Of a stretch of DNA of 33,922 nucleotides, positions 20,982 through 30,574 are shown one piece after another. This stretch comes from Chrysochromulina tobinii. Lineage: Eukaryota. Made by a program: the position numbers and the translations under genes. The notes under the pieces were generated by a model. That model was not told where the DNA came from, ran no database searches, and worked only from the letters and a program-made list of their open reading frames with translations. The stretch spans positions 1 to 33,922 of the forward strand of contig JWZX01002180.1 of the NCBI GenBank assembly GCA_001275005.1. The letters are read 5' to 3'. Positions within the stretch are counted from its first letter, which is position 1. Every line of letters starts with the position of its first letter.

Positions 20982-23900
20982 ATGGAAACCCTGCCGGGTC
21001 CGAGCGCGGAGCCGCAAGACCTGCAAATGCACCCGATCCTCGAGCAGTGGGAATGCAATTCCGATGGCAGCATCACGGGTCGCGTGTACGGTAAAATGGG
21101 TTGGGAAGAGGGCATTCAAATGACCACCTCGATCGTGCCAACGGAGACGCACTACGCTACCTACGTCATCACGGTGTCTGGCAGCATCTACCGGCTTGGA
21201 GAGAAGCTGTCGGGCGTGGGTCAGACGGATACGAGGAACGCAGATGCTCAGCTGTTGATTCCAGCCACGTTGCCGGCAGCATCGGCGCAGCCACGAAGCA
21301 GTGGCCGTGCTAAGTGTGCACCCCTTGAATTCTGGAAGGGCGAACGGCCGATCTATGCCGCCAGTCCGAATGGTTTGACGCTGCAAGGCGTCATCCGCTA
21401 TCCGTGCTCCGACGCAGCAGCACTGCCTGCTAGCACGCAAAAGGCACGCGGCGCGTCCAGGCCCGCTCAGCGAGGCTCAAGCCCCGGAAAAACGTCGGAG
21501 AAAGAGGCGGCATCCATCTGCGCGTCCAAGGACGACTCGCAGCGCGAAGCCGCTTCCGCGGCTGCGGCGACGGCTGCTGCTCGGGCGAGGGAGGAGGCTG
21601 CAAGGGCGGCGACGACGGCGGCGGAGGCGCGCGCAGCGACGGCGGAGGCGAAGGCCCGAGCCGCACGTGCCGAACTGGAGGCGACTCGGGCGCGCGCAGC
21701 GGAGGCGGCGGCTGCAGCTGCGGCTGCGGCGGCGGCGATGGATGCCGCGCAGCGGGAGGCGGCTGCGGCAGCGACGGCGACTGAGGAGGCGCGGCGGGAG
21801 GTGGAAGCGGCGCAGCGGGAGGCAGCAGCTGCACTACCGGTCCTACCGGTACTGCCGCCCAAGCCCGGGCGCCCTCGTGCGCCAACGAAGCCTTTGGTGG
21901 TCGTCGCACCCATTGATATTGATCGCGACTCACCTGTTGCCATGGACAGCAGCCAATCGCCCATCAGCCCTCTAGCAGCTGCGGGCGAGCTCCTCGCAGG
22001 TTCGGTCGCCAAGGCACAGGCGGAGGCCGAGCGCGTGTGGAGTGCTCTCGGATCTGGCCTTTGTGGCTGGGCCGGCTGCACGAAGCCGGCGCGCCATTCT
22101 GGCTTTTGCGTGTCGGTGCCCGACTCCCGCCGTGAGAAGGAGCCAGTGCAGATGGATACGGCCAAGCCCGCGCCCAGCCCACGCGAGCTCATGAGTCATG
22201 CACGCAACGAGGGCAGGCTGCCGCCCTCAAAGAAGCCCAAGCTGGGCGATCGTGTCCGAGGCAAGTACCAGGGGCAGATAGGCGGCCGCAACTGGTTCGA
22301 CGGCGTGGTGACGGCGGTGCACGAGGATGGCACGTGCGATCTGCAGTACGATGATGGCGACTACGAGGAGCGCGTGGCGCCGCGGTTCATCAAGGTGATT
22401 GCCGAGGCAGAGACCGAGGAACGTGAGGAGGAAGAGGAGTCTGAGGTGGAGGAGGAGGAGGTGGTGGAGGAGCCCTCTGAGGGGCAGGGTACGGATGGTG
22501 CCAACCTTGGCGCAGCAAGCGTGTCCAAGCAGCCGCGCGAACGCAAGGCTCTGCACGAGGGCGGCAGCCATCGCCCTCGCATCAAGCCGGAAGAAGTCAG
22601 GGCTGTCGCAGCTGCTGAGGGTCTCGAGCTGCTGCTGTCGTCGAGGAATGAGACAGGCTTCAGGGACGTGACCAAGCGGAAAGGCAAGTATCATGCGGAT
22701 ATCCGCGAGACTGACGTTCATCGCAACATCCGCGGCACCTTAGCGACGCGGGAGGATGCGGCCTTGGGCTACGCGAGGCATATTGGGGCAGAGCGAGCGG
22801 CGGCGGAGGCGGCGGAGGGGAGGGCCGAATGTCCGCAGCCGCTCACAGCGGACGAGGCTAGGGCGGCCGCGGCGGCAGCAAGGGCTGCCGCGGTGGCCGA
22901 GGGGCTCAAGCTGGTGCCATCCTTGAGCAACGAGACGGGATTCAAGGGCGTGACCAAGCGGGAAAAGAGTTATGAGGCAAGGAAAAAGGAGAATGGTAAG
23001 CAGCGCCGCCTCGGCAGCTTCGCGACGGCTGAGGAGGCAGCCTTGTGCTATGCGAGGTACATTGGGGCGGAGCGAGCGGCGGCGGAGGCGGCGGAGGCAA
23101 GGGTCGAAGGGCCGCAGCCGCTCACAGCGGACGAGGCCAGGGCGGCCGCGGCGGCTGAGGGGCTCGAGCTGGTGCCGTCGTCCATTAGGAAGACAGGCTT
23201 CAAGTATGTGCACGCTCTTCCTGGAGGCAAGTTCGAGGCATCTGTGTGGGACCATGACAAGACGATCCATCTCGGCACCTTCGCGACGGCTGAGGAGGCG
23301 GCTTTGTGCTATGCGAGATACGTTGGGGTGGAGCGAGCGGCGGCAGAGGCGGCGGAGGCAAGGGTTGCAGCGCCGCAGCCGCTCACAGCGGACGAGGCCA
23401 GGGCGGCCGCAGCGGCTGAGGGGCTTGAGCTGGTGCCGTCATCGAGGTCGAGAAGTGTGGCAGGCTTCAAGGGCGTGCGAATGCACACTCCGTCATATTT
23501 TCAGTGTTCAGTCATAGAAGAGAATGGCGAGAAGAAGCGCTACCTGGGCACCTTCAGAACGCCGGAGGAGGCGGCCTTGTGCTACGCAAGGCATATTGGG
23601 GCTGAGCGAGCGGCGGCTGAGGCGGCGAAGGTGAGGGGTGAATGTCTTCAGCTCAAGGCGGACGAGGCCAGGGCGGCCGCGGCGGCCGAGGGGCTCGAGC
23701 TTGTGCTGTCGTCGAGCAGTCAGACAGGCTTCAAGGGCGTGTACAAGCATCATCGCAAGTACAAGGCGTACGTTTCGGAGAATGGCAACGGTTGCCACCT
23801 CGGCACCTTTGCGACAGCTGAGGAGGCGGCTTTGTGTCATGCGAGGTACATTGGGGCGGAGCGAGCGGCGGCAGAGGCGGCGGAGGCAAGGGTCGAAGTT

Positions 23901-25742
23901 CCCCAGCCGCTCACAGCGGACGAGGCCAGGGCGGCCGCGGCGGCCGAGGGACTTGAGCTGGTGCCGTCATCGAGCAACGAGACGGGATTCAAGGGCGTGA
24001 CCAAGCGTGATGGCAAGTACGCAACGCGGATCAGGGAGAATGGCAAGCAGCACTACCGCGGCACCTTCGCGACAGCTGAGGAGGCGGCCTTGTGCTATGC
24101 GAGGTACATTGGGGTGGAGCGAGCGGCGGCGGAGGCGGCGGAGGCAAGGGTTGCAGCGCGGCAGCCGCTCACAGCGGACGAGGCCAGGGCGGCCGCGGCG
24201 GCTGAGGGGCTCGAGCTGGTGCCGTCATCGAGGTCGAGAAGTGTGGCAGGCTTCAAGTACGTGCAAATGGACTCTCCTTCTCATTTCAGTGTGCGAGTCA
24301 CAGAAGAGAATGGCGAGAAGAAGCGCTACCCGGGCACCTTCAGAACACCGGAGGAGGCGGCCTTGTGCTACGCGAGGCATATTGGGGCTGAGCGAGCGGC
24401 GGCGGAGGCGGCGGAGGCAAGGGTTGTGGCGCCACAGCCGCACAAAACGGACGAGAGGGCGCGTGCGGCGGCCGAGGGGCTCGAGCCGGCGGAGGCGCAC
24501 CTCGGTTGGTGCGTGCTGCATTCAGCGCTTCCCGACGACCGACGCAAGCTGCAAGACTCGCCCTCATCGTCGGCGCCGCCACCGACATCAACACCTTCTG
24601 CAACCGAGCACGCCTCGCGCAAGCGGCTAGCGGCTGCCGTTGCCTGTGCAGAGGTGGTCTTGCAGGGATCGGTGGACAAGGCCAGGGCCGCCGCAGCGGC
24701 CGAGGGGCTCAAGTTGGTGCCTTCCTTGAGCAACGAGACGGGCTTCAAGGGCGTGAGCAAGAGTTATGGCAGGTATGATGCACGGATCAGGGAGAATGGT
24801 AAGCAGCGCCACCTCGGTATCTTCGCGACGGCGGAGGAGGCGGCCTTGTGCTACGCGAGGCATATTGGGGCGGAACGAGCGGCGGAAGAGGCAGCGGAGG
24901 CGACGAAAAAGCCGCTGCCGCTCACAGCGGACGAGGCCAGGGCGGCCGCGGCGGCTGAGGGGCTCGAGCTGGTACAGTCGTCAAGCAATGAGACGGGCTT
25001 CAAGGGCGTGGTGAAGCATTATGGCAAGTACGCAACGCGGATCAGGGTGAATCATCATCATAGCTCCCTCGGCACCTTTGCAACGCCGGAGGAAGCCTCC
25101 CTCACCCTCGCACGCTATGTTCGCGACCTTGTCGATGGCTGGCTCATCCCTGGCCGTCGTCCTCCCCACCATCCTCCGCGTCAAGCACCAGTCCCCGCCC
25201 CGCCCACTCCAACCCAAGTCGAGCGGGCGGAGGCCCTCCGCTGCTGGCGTCTGCTGCTTACAGCGATGCGCGACGACCGACGCAAGCAGCAAGACTCAAC
25301 CTCATCGTCGGCGCCGCCACCACCGCCATCACCAGCTGGCGCGACCGGTCACGCCTCACGCAAGCGGCCAGCTGCTGCAGTGGCTTGTGCCGAGGTGGAC
25401 TCGCAGCGAGCGATGACTCTCCAGGCACAGCTCACGGCCGAGAGGAGTGATGACCCTCGCGCGGCTCATTGCATCATCTGTCTCGAAGCCCTGGACTTGA
25501 GGGCGGCAAGCGCCAGCTCACGAGGCGAGGCCGCATGCGGGCACACTCCTTGCTGCGGCAACTACTACCACAAGCGCTGCCTGAGCCAATGGCTGCAAGG
25601 CTCCGGGCAGTCGGGCATCACGGTGTCTACTGAGCCCAAGTGCCCGACGTGCAGGCGGGATCTAGTGGCTCGCGCGCTCATCCCCGGGCCGTACACTAAG
25701 GCAATAGAGAAAGATATGGCGGAGGAGGAACCATGGTTCTAA
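20982..25742 (+). CDS. 1586-aa multidomain protein: SANTA-like? - CENP-C motif - Ala-rich coil - Tudor - 9x AP2-like - RING
   Basis: RSSGRAKCAPLEFWKGERPIY (21294-21356); Tudor-like LGDRVRGKY...WFDGVVTAVHEDGTCDLQYDDGDYEE; nine TGFKGV...GTFATAEEAALCYAR units; C-terminal CIIC...C.H..CC..YYHKRCLSQWL...CPTC. Confidence 0.88.
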   Translation: METLPGPSAEPQDLQMHPILEQWECNSDGSITGRVYGKMGWEEGIQMTTSIVPTETHYATYVITVSGSIYRLGEKLSGVGQTDTRNADAQLLIPATLPAASAQPRSSGRAKCAPLEFWKGERPIYAASPNGLTLQGVIRYPCSDAAALPASTQKARGASRPAQRGSSPGKTSEKEAASICASKDDSQREAASAAAATAAARAREEAARAATTAAEARAATAEAKARAARAELEATRARAAEAAAAAAAAAAAMDAAQREAAAAATATEEARREVEAAQREAAAALPVLPVLPPKPGRPRAPTKPLVVVAPIDIDRDSPVAMDSSQSPISPLAAAGELLAGSVAKAQAEAERVWSALGSGLCGWAGCTKPARHSGFCVSVPDSRREKEPVQMDTAKPAPSPRELMSHARNEGRLPPSKKPKLGDRVRGKYQGQIGGRNWFDGVVTAVHEDGTCDLQYDDGDYEERVAPRFIKVIAEAETEEREEEEESEVEEEEVVEEPSEGQGTDGANLGAASVSKQPRERKALHEGGSHRPRIKPEEVRAVAAAEGLELLLSSRNETGFRDVTKRKGKYHADIRETDVHRNIRGTLATREDAALGYARHIGAERAAAEAAEGRAECPQPLTADEARAAAAAARAAAVAEGLKLVPSLSNETGFKGVTKREKSYEARKKENGKQRRLGSFATAEEAALCYARYIGAERAAAEAAEARVEGPQPLTADEARAAAAAEGLELVPSSIRKTGFKYVHALPGGKFEASVWDHDKTIHLGTFATAEEAALCYARYVGVERAAAEAAEARVAAPQPLTADEARAAAAAEGLELVPSSRSRSVAGFKGVRMHTPSYFQCSVIEENGEKKRYLGTFRTPEEAALCYARHIGAERAAAEAAKVRGECLQLKADEARAAAAAEGLELVLSSSSQTGFKGVYKHHRKYKAYVSENGNGCHLGTFATAEEAALCHARYIGAERAAAEAAEARVEVPQPLTADEARAAAAAEGLELVPSSSNETGFKGVTKRDGKYATRIRENGKQHYRGTFATAEEAALCYARYIGVERAAAEAAEARVAARQPLTADEARAAAAAEGLELVPSSRSRSVAGFKYVQMDSPSHFSVRVTEENGEKKRYPGTFRTPEEAALCYARHIGAERAAAEAAEARVVAPQPHKTDERARAAAEGLEPAEAHLGWCVLHSALPDDRRKLQDSPSSSAPPPTSTPSATEHASRKRLAAAVACAEVVLQGSVDKARAAAAAEGLKLVPSLSNETGFKGVSKSYGRYDARIRENGKQRHLGIFATAEEAALCYARHIGAERAAEEAAEATKKPLPLTADEARAAAAAEGLELVQSSSNETGFKGVVKHYGKYATRIRVNHHHSSLGTFATPEEASLTLARYVRDLVDGWLIPGRRPPHHPPRQAPVPAPPTPTQVERAEALRCWRLLLTAMRDDRRKQQDSTSSSAPPPPPSPAGATGHASRKRPAAAVACAEVDSQRAMTLQAQLTAERSDDPRAAHCIICLEALDLRAASASSRGEAACGHTPCCGNYYHKRCLSQWLQGSGQSGITVSTEPKCPTCRRDLVARALIPGPYTKAIEKDMAEEEPWF
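22617..25118 (+). repeat. Coding tandem array of nine AP2-like domains (about 86-90 aa, about 260 nt per unit)
   Basis: Conserved scaffold PLTADEARAAAAAEGLELVPS...GFKGV and GTFATAEEAALCYARxIGAERAAAEAAE with variable sequence between. Confidence 0.88.
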
Positions 25743-26474
25743 GTTCAGGTCTAGCACACCCGTGCCAGGTGCAACATCGCTGAGAACATGACCGCAATTT
25801 TGCGGAGCCCTGCGAGGAAAATATTAGCAGTAATCACATGCATTTTAACTTGAAAACACCACAAAGGGCCACGTACAAATAACGATTTCGCTTTAGACGT
25901 CTTTAAGACGTCAACCGGTTTGATCGTCCGGCGGTCCGGCCGCCCGCGCAGGCCCCCTGGCCCCGCGCCGAGCCGTCGTGCGTTCCGAGCGTCCGGTCTA
26001 GGGCCGAGCGGTGCCGGGGGTAATGACACTAGATCACTATCTGTAAACCGTGCGACCGGATATTCGTCATGCGATATTTGTACACCTACAGCCCGGCACC
26101 CGCCGCCGCCGGCGCGCCGGCACCGCGGTGAGTCCATTGACCGTTGCGTGTACGCGAACCTCCAGACCGGAGACGCGCACCGCACTCCACTGCCCGCTGC
26201 TCCGCACAGTCACCCGCCACCCGGCGCCAGTGCGGTGCTCTACTCCCCCCACACCCCGGCGAGAGCATGACACTGACGAGCGGGCCCACAAGAACCACGC
26301 ATGCACCTGCTGCGGCACAGGAGAACCTTCCGCCTACCCCTGCGGCCCCACGAGCGCAGATCCACGATACTCCGCCACATACGTCCATAGATAGTAGAAC
26401 AGTCCCCAGTTTGTACAGGCTGAAGAAAGCTGTCCCCATGCCTCACCCACCGTGAGGTCAACATGATACATGGA

Positions 26475-27884
26475 TCAGCGGCCGCCGCGCCCTCGGCCAC
26501 GGCCTCGGCCGGCTGCGCCGCCGCGTCCGTGGATCCCTCCCCCCGGTCCCTCGCCCCCCGGCTGCATCACCTGCATGAGCATCCTCATCATCGCGAGCTG
26601 GTCCATCGGTCCGCTGCCGACGCCGGCCCCATCACCGTCCTCGTCGGAGCGCTCCTGGCAACGCTTCGCCCACTGCTCGAACCAGGCCTTGCGCTGCGCG
26701 CTGCCCTCGGCGCCCTCGGGTTTGCCGATCAGCTCAAGCTCGGTCTCATCTTCCTCGCGCGCGGCCGGCGTACCCTTGCGCTTGAGAAGCAGCTCAAACC
26801 GCTTCTCGGTCGCTTCTGCGAAACTCATGCCGCCGCGCTCGCACATGACCACGTACGCCTTCACGAAGGACGCATTCTCGCTCCCAACAAGCGAGCCCGG
26901 CTGGAGCTCGCGCTGCTTGCCCATCGTGAAGGCCGCCGGCGCATTGCCCGCCGAGAACGAGGTGCTCGACTCGCGATGCCGCCCCATCGCCCCCTTAGAG
27001 CCGGCCGGAGGCCCACCGAAGAGGACGATCATGCACGAGATGTTGTCCTTCGAATTCCGGTCAAAGGCGCGCAAGATGACCGCCTCCGCAGCCTTGGCCG
27101 CGTCGCCGTTGGTCTCTTTGAGCACCTTCGCCGCAAGCTCGCACACCTCGGCGTTGGTGAAGGCGCCCTCGCTCACACCGTCGCACACTATGACGAGGAA
27201 GTCGCTGCTGTCGCATTCAAAATGGCCCATCTCGGGATTGGCCGTCACCGGCCGGTCCTCTTGGCTGGGGCCACCCGTCTTCTTGTATTCGCCGTCGCCG
27301 AAGCCGCGTGAGACCGACAGGTCGCCATTGACGCGGTGCACGCCGCCCGCTGCCAGGACGACTTGCCCGCCGCATCGCTCGATGCGCTCGCGCTCGACCG
27401 GATGGTTGGGCTTGTGGTCGGTGGTCAATCCGCCGTCGGTGCCTCCCCCATCGACAATGGAACCGTTAGCACGGCTCAGCAGCACGCGGCTGTCGCCCGC
27501 GTTGATCACGTGCAGCCGGTACTTTCCCCCTGGTGCAGGCCGCCGGACCGCGCACATGGCCGCCGTCGTGCCACCCGATTTGCCAGTCCTGAGGAAGGCC
27601 GCATCGATGTCGAGGCACATCTTCTTTGCCGCAGCATCGTTGGCAGGGCAGCCGTCGGCGGCGAGTACCTCGTGAAGGCGTTGCGCGCACCATGCAGAGC
27701 ACTCTGCGCTGCCGTGTCCGTCCAAGATTCCAAAAAACCCCTCGCCGTCGCCGGTGTGGACAACGTGAGCGTCCTCCATGTTCATGCGCCAGCCGTTCAT
27801 TTCAGCGAGTCCCACGCGAAAGTCCGGCGAGCCGTGGCGCTCGAGCACGGTGGTGCACACCGGCTTTGGCAACGCGGCACCCAT
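26475..27884 (-). CDS. Protein phosphatase 2C (PPM family), probable N-myristoylation
   Basis: MGAALPKPV start; MNGWRMNMEDAH, DGHG, GTTA, NAGDSR, DHKP, VSRGFGD, CDGV, SKDNISC motifs. Confidence 0.93.
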   Translation of the reverse strand: MGAALPKPVCTTVLERHGSPDFRVGLAEMNGWRMNMEDAHVVHTGDGEGFFGILDGHGSAECSAWCAQRLHEVLAADGCPANDAAAKKMCLDIDAAFLRTGKSGGTTAAMCAVRRPAPGGKYRLHVINAGDSRVLLSRANGSIVDGGGTDGGLTTDHKPNHPVERERIERCGGQVVLAAGGVHRVNGDLSVSRGFGDGEYKKTGGPSQEDRPVTANPEMGHFECDSSDFLVIVCDGVSEGAFTNAEVCELAAKVLKETNGDAAKAAEAVILRAFDRNSKDNISCMIVLFGGPPAGSKGAMGRHRESSTSFSAGNAPAAFTMGKQRELQPGSLVGSENASFVKAYVVMCERGGMSFAEATEKRFELLLKRKGTPAAREEDETELELIGKPEGAEGSAQRKAWFEQWAKRCQERSDEDGDGAGVGSGPMDQLAMMRMLMQVMQPGGEGPGGGIHGRGGAAGRGRGRGRGGR

Positions 27885-28082
27885 TGCGGCGCGTCGCGTT
27901 GTGCCGTTGCAATCGTCACATTCACATTCACAATCGATAGAAAACAAGACGCGTCCCTACATGGTTGTTAGCTAAGCACTGAGTCGTCCATTTCCCTGCA
28001 CCACGACTATGAAAAAGTCGAGCGCCTCGTGCTCCTCTTGTCTCGAGTCGTGGGTGGCTCCGGTGCGACTATCGGAGCGTCA

Positions 28083-29243
28083 ATGCCCGTGACCGACTAC
28101 TCGAAATGGTCCAACATGGAGTTTAAGGACGACGACGATGAGGACGGACGGCCGCGCAAACCACGTGTCACCCGGCTCGAAGGCCCATCGCGCATCACTC
28201 TCGGCGCTCCGGAGCCGACTGCTGCAGCCACGGCGATCACAAAGCAGCCAGCGGCAGCTACAGCGAGCTGCAGCAGTGCTGGTGCCGGTACCCGCAGCGG
28301 CCAGGCCGCTGATGCCAAGCCGAAGCCACGCTCTGGTCTCGACTATGCCAAGTGGGACGCTTTCGAAGACTCGGACGACGCCATCAGCGATGAGGACGAA
28401 TATGCAGATGAGCACCAACCTCTTCCTGGCAACGAGGATGACGAAGAGGACGAGCTCGATGAGCGGGAGCTGCAGCAGCTCAAGACGAGACTGGGGCCGT
28501 CGATGCTCCCTCCGCCATCGGCCGCCACCGCGGTGCCGCCGCCAGCTCCACCCGTCGCGGACGACCCAGAGGCGCGCCTTGCGCTCCGACAGAAGGCACT
28601 TACGCGCAACGGTGCGGCGCGCGACACGCACCTGTGGCGGCAGACGGACCGCGAGGTGGAGCTGAGCGTGCTGCTCCCGCCTGGCACACGCGCGCGGGAG
28701 TTGCGCCCGGAGCTACGCGAGGCTGACCTCATCGTAGGCACGCGCCAGAGGCTGATCTTGCATCGTGTCGGGTCGGGCGCCGTCTCGGGCAGTGGAGGCG
28801 CAGGCGCCGTCTCGGGCACCGTGGGTGACTTCGAGCTGGCGTACTCGGTGGTGCAGCCTGAGAGCGCTGAGGAGCTCAGGTGGGAGGTGACCGACTACGA
28901 GCCAGCGGGCGGGCGCAGACTGCTCCACGTCACCCTACAGAAGGAGATGCCACACGGCGTGACCATTTGGTGGGAACGCGCTGTCGTGGGCGACGCGGCT
29001 GTCGACACGACGACGCTCCCTGACCGGCGGTGGGCGGATCGGCTGCCCGGACAGCAGAGCGGCTGGCAGGAGGCGCAGCGGCTCTTCCGCGAGAAGGTCG
29101 CTGCGCGCGAGCGCACGCCTATCTGGGTGGACTCCGGGGGAGGGGGCGACGACATGGGCGACGACATGGACGACGGGGCCGATGCGGAAGAACCAGAAGC
29201 TGCGCGCGCGAGCGGCGAATCTGCTCCAGCGGCTCCGCCGTAG
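28083..29243 (+). CDS. CS (p23/NudC-like) domain protein with two DY(S/A)KW motifs
   Basis: HLWRQTDREVELSVLLP...LRWEV...LLHVTLQK...WWERAV is CS/NudC-like; DYSKWSNME and DYAKWDAFEDSDD at the N-terminus. ATG at 28083. Confidence 0.75.
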   Translation: MPVTDYSKWSNMEFKDDDDEDGRPRKPRVTRLEGPSRITLGAPEPTAAATAITKQPAAATASCSSAGAGTRSGQAADAKPKPRSGLDYAKWDAFEDSDDAISDEDEYADEHQPLPGNEDDEEDELDERELQQLKTRLGPSMLPPPSAATAVPPPAPPVADDPEARLALRQKALTRNGAARDTHLWRQTDREVELSVLLPPGTRARELRPELREADLIVGTRQRLILHRVGSGAVSGSGGAGAVSGTVGDFELAYSVVQPESAEELRWEVTDYEPAGGRRLLHVTLQKEMPHGVTIWWERAVVGDAAVDTTTLPDRRWADRLPGQQSGWQEAQRLFREKVAARERTPIWVDSGGGGDDMGDDMDDGADAEEPEAARASGESAPAAPP

Positions 29244-29488
29244 CACGGTAGTACAATTGTATGGGCGTGCCGGGGGGGGTAAAGTTTGAGAAAGGGTCAG
29301 TTGAATCGACACACAAGGTACCGACCAGCCACTAAAGTTTGGCCACCTTAACAGTTTTCTTGTTCACAGCCAATTCACACCGATTGCCGATCGGTGTGAG
29401 AGCCTCAACGCGAGCTCTCGCTCCCCGGCCCTGTGTGCCCTGGGGACGGCCTCGTGGTGCCAAGCGGCATTCAAGCAGGACTGGAAGC

Positions 29489-30217
29489 ATGGGCAGAGCG
29501 TCATCCTCGCCAACTGAGACCAAGACTATCTCAAGAACGACACCGAGTGCTCCGGAGGCCATGCAGGTGGCAAGGAGGCATGGAGCATCAGCGACAAAGG
29601 ATGGGACCACGAGCAAGCACAAGACTCCGCCGCGAGAGCTGTCGAGCTCTTTGGCAGGGTCGGCAATGTCAGCAGCTTCGGCGGCGAGGACGAACAGGGC
29701 CGATATTACGCTACGGGAGAATGCCGTTGAAGGGGATGATGAGTACCACAACCACTCGGAAGACGATCGTGTGCGTCGCTTGCTCGCCGTCCGCAAGAGT
29801 GGAAGCACGAGTCGACCGAGCACAAGGCAGAGGAAAGGGCGAGCAAGCTCAAGACGTGGGCCGACTGCTACGCCTGAGCCCAATGCAACCGTGTCGGACC
29901 CAGCGCCACCGTTGCTTCCGCTTGGCACTGGAGAATTGCGACGACGACCACCTCCAGTTCTAAAGGGGTTGTCGCTTGGACCCTCCCCGGAGGATAAGCT
30001 CAAGGTGAGCCTTGAGTTGGATCTAGCTCATATCGACGCGAGCGAAGTCGTCCTACACCGCAAGCGAGTCACACAGCCACCCGTGAAAGCGGCTCATGGC
30101 GGCTTGGATTTCGAAAAGTGGAAGATGTCCGCTGCACATGACCAATGGTTCAAGGAGCAGATGGCTCTCACAAGTTCGATGAACTCGTTCTACAGTAGTT
30201 ACGGCAGCAATAGCTGA
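29489..30217 (+). CDS. Hypothetical low-complexity protein
   Basis: 729-nt ORF from ATG 29489; no recognisable motif. Confidence 0.35.
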   Translation: MGRASSSPTETKTISRTTPSAPEAMQVARRHGASATKDGTTSKHKTPPRELSSSLAGSAMSAASAARTNRADITLRENAVEGDDEYHNHSEDDRVRRLLAVRKSGSTSRPSTRQRKGRASSRRGPTATPEPNATVSDPAPPLLPLGTGELRRRPPPVLKGLSLGPSPEDKLKVSLELDLAHIDASEVVLHRKRVTQPPVKAAHGGLDFEKWKMSAAHDQWFKEQMALTSSMNSFYSSYGSNS

Positions 30218-30334
30218 CACTCATGTGTGCGCTCTGCTCTACACGTTTTTGGTTCACTGCTCGGCTCTAATTATCTCCCGAGGTCCCGTCCGTAGTTTAC
30301 GCTTCTTGTATCACTGTCTCGGTGCATACACCCT

Positions 30335-30486
30335 CTTTGTTGTACGCTCTTGTAGCCCCCCATTGTAGCCTCTTTTGTTTGTACCGTCCTCCCGTTGTAG
30401 CCTCTCTTTTGTTTGTACGCTCTTGTAGCCTGAAGCCTATCTTTTGTTTGTACGCTCTTGTAGCCTGAAGCCTCCCTTTGTAGCCT
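30335..30486. repeat. Imperfect about 35-nt tandem repeat (CTTTTGTTTGTACGCTCTTGTAGCC core)
   Basis: Core seen four times plus partial TTGTAGCC copies. Confidence 0.75.
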
Positions 30487-30574
30487 CTCCCCATCTGACG
30501 CTCCGCCTCATCGGTGTTCGCCGCCATCGAGCTTTCACCAGCCCCACCTGTTCCCCTCTCGCATCAGGTGCTAT

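Noticed and set aside
22617..25118. HNH-AP2 homing endonuclease or integrase mobile element
   Set aside because: AP2 units are present, but no HNH, integrase or transposase catalytic motif is visible.
25743..26470. Possible transposon end or small gene (short palindromes such as GACGTCTTTAAGACGTC)
   Set aside because: No terminal inverted repeats, TSD or transposase-like ORF could be identified.
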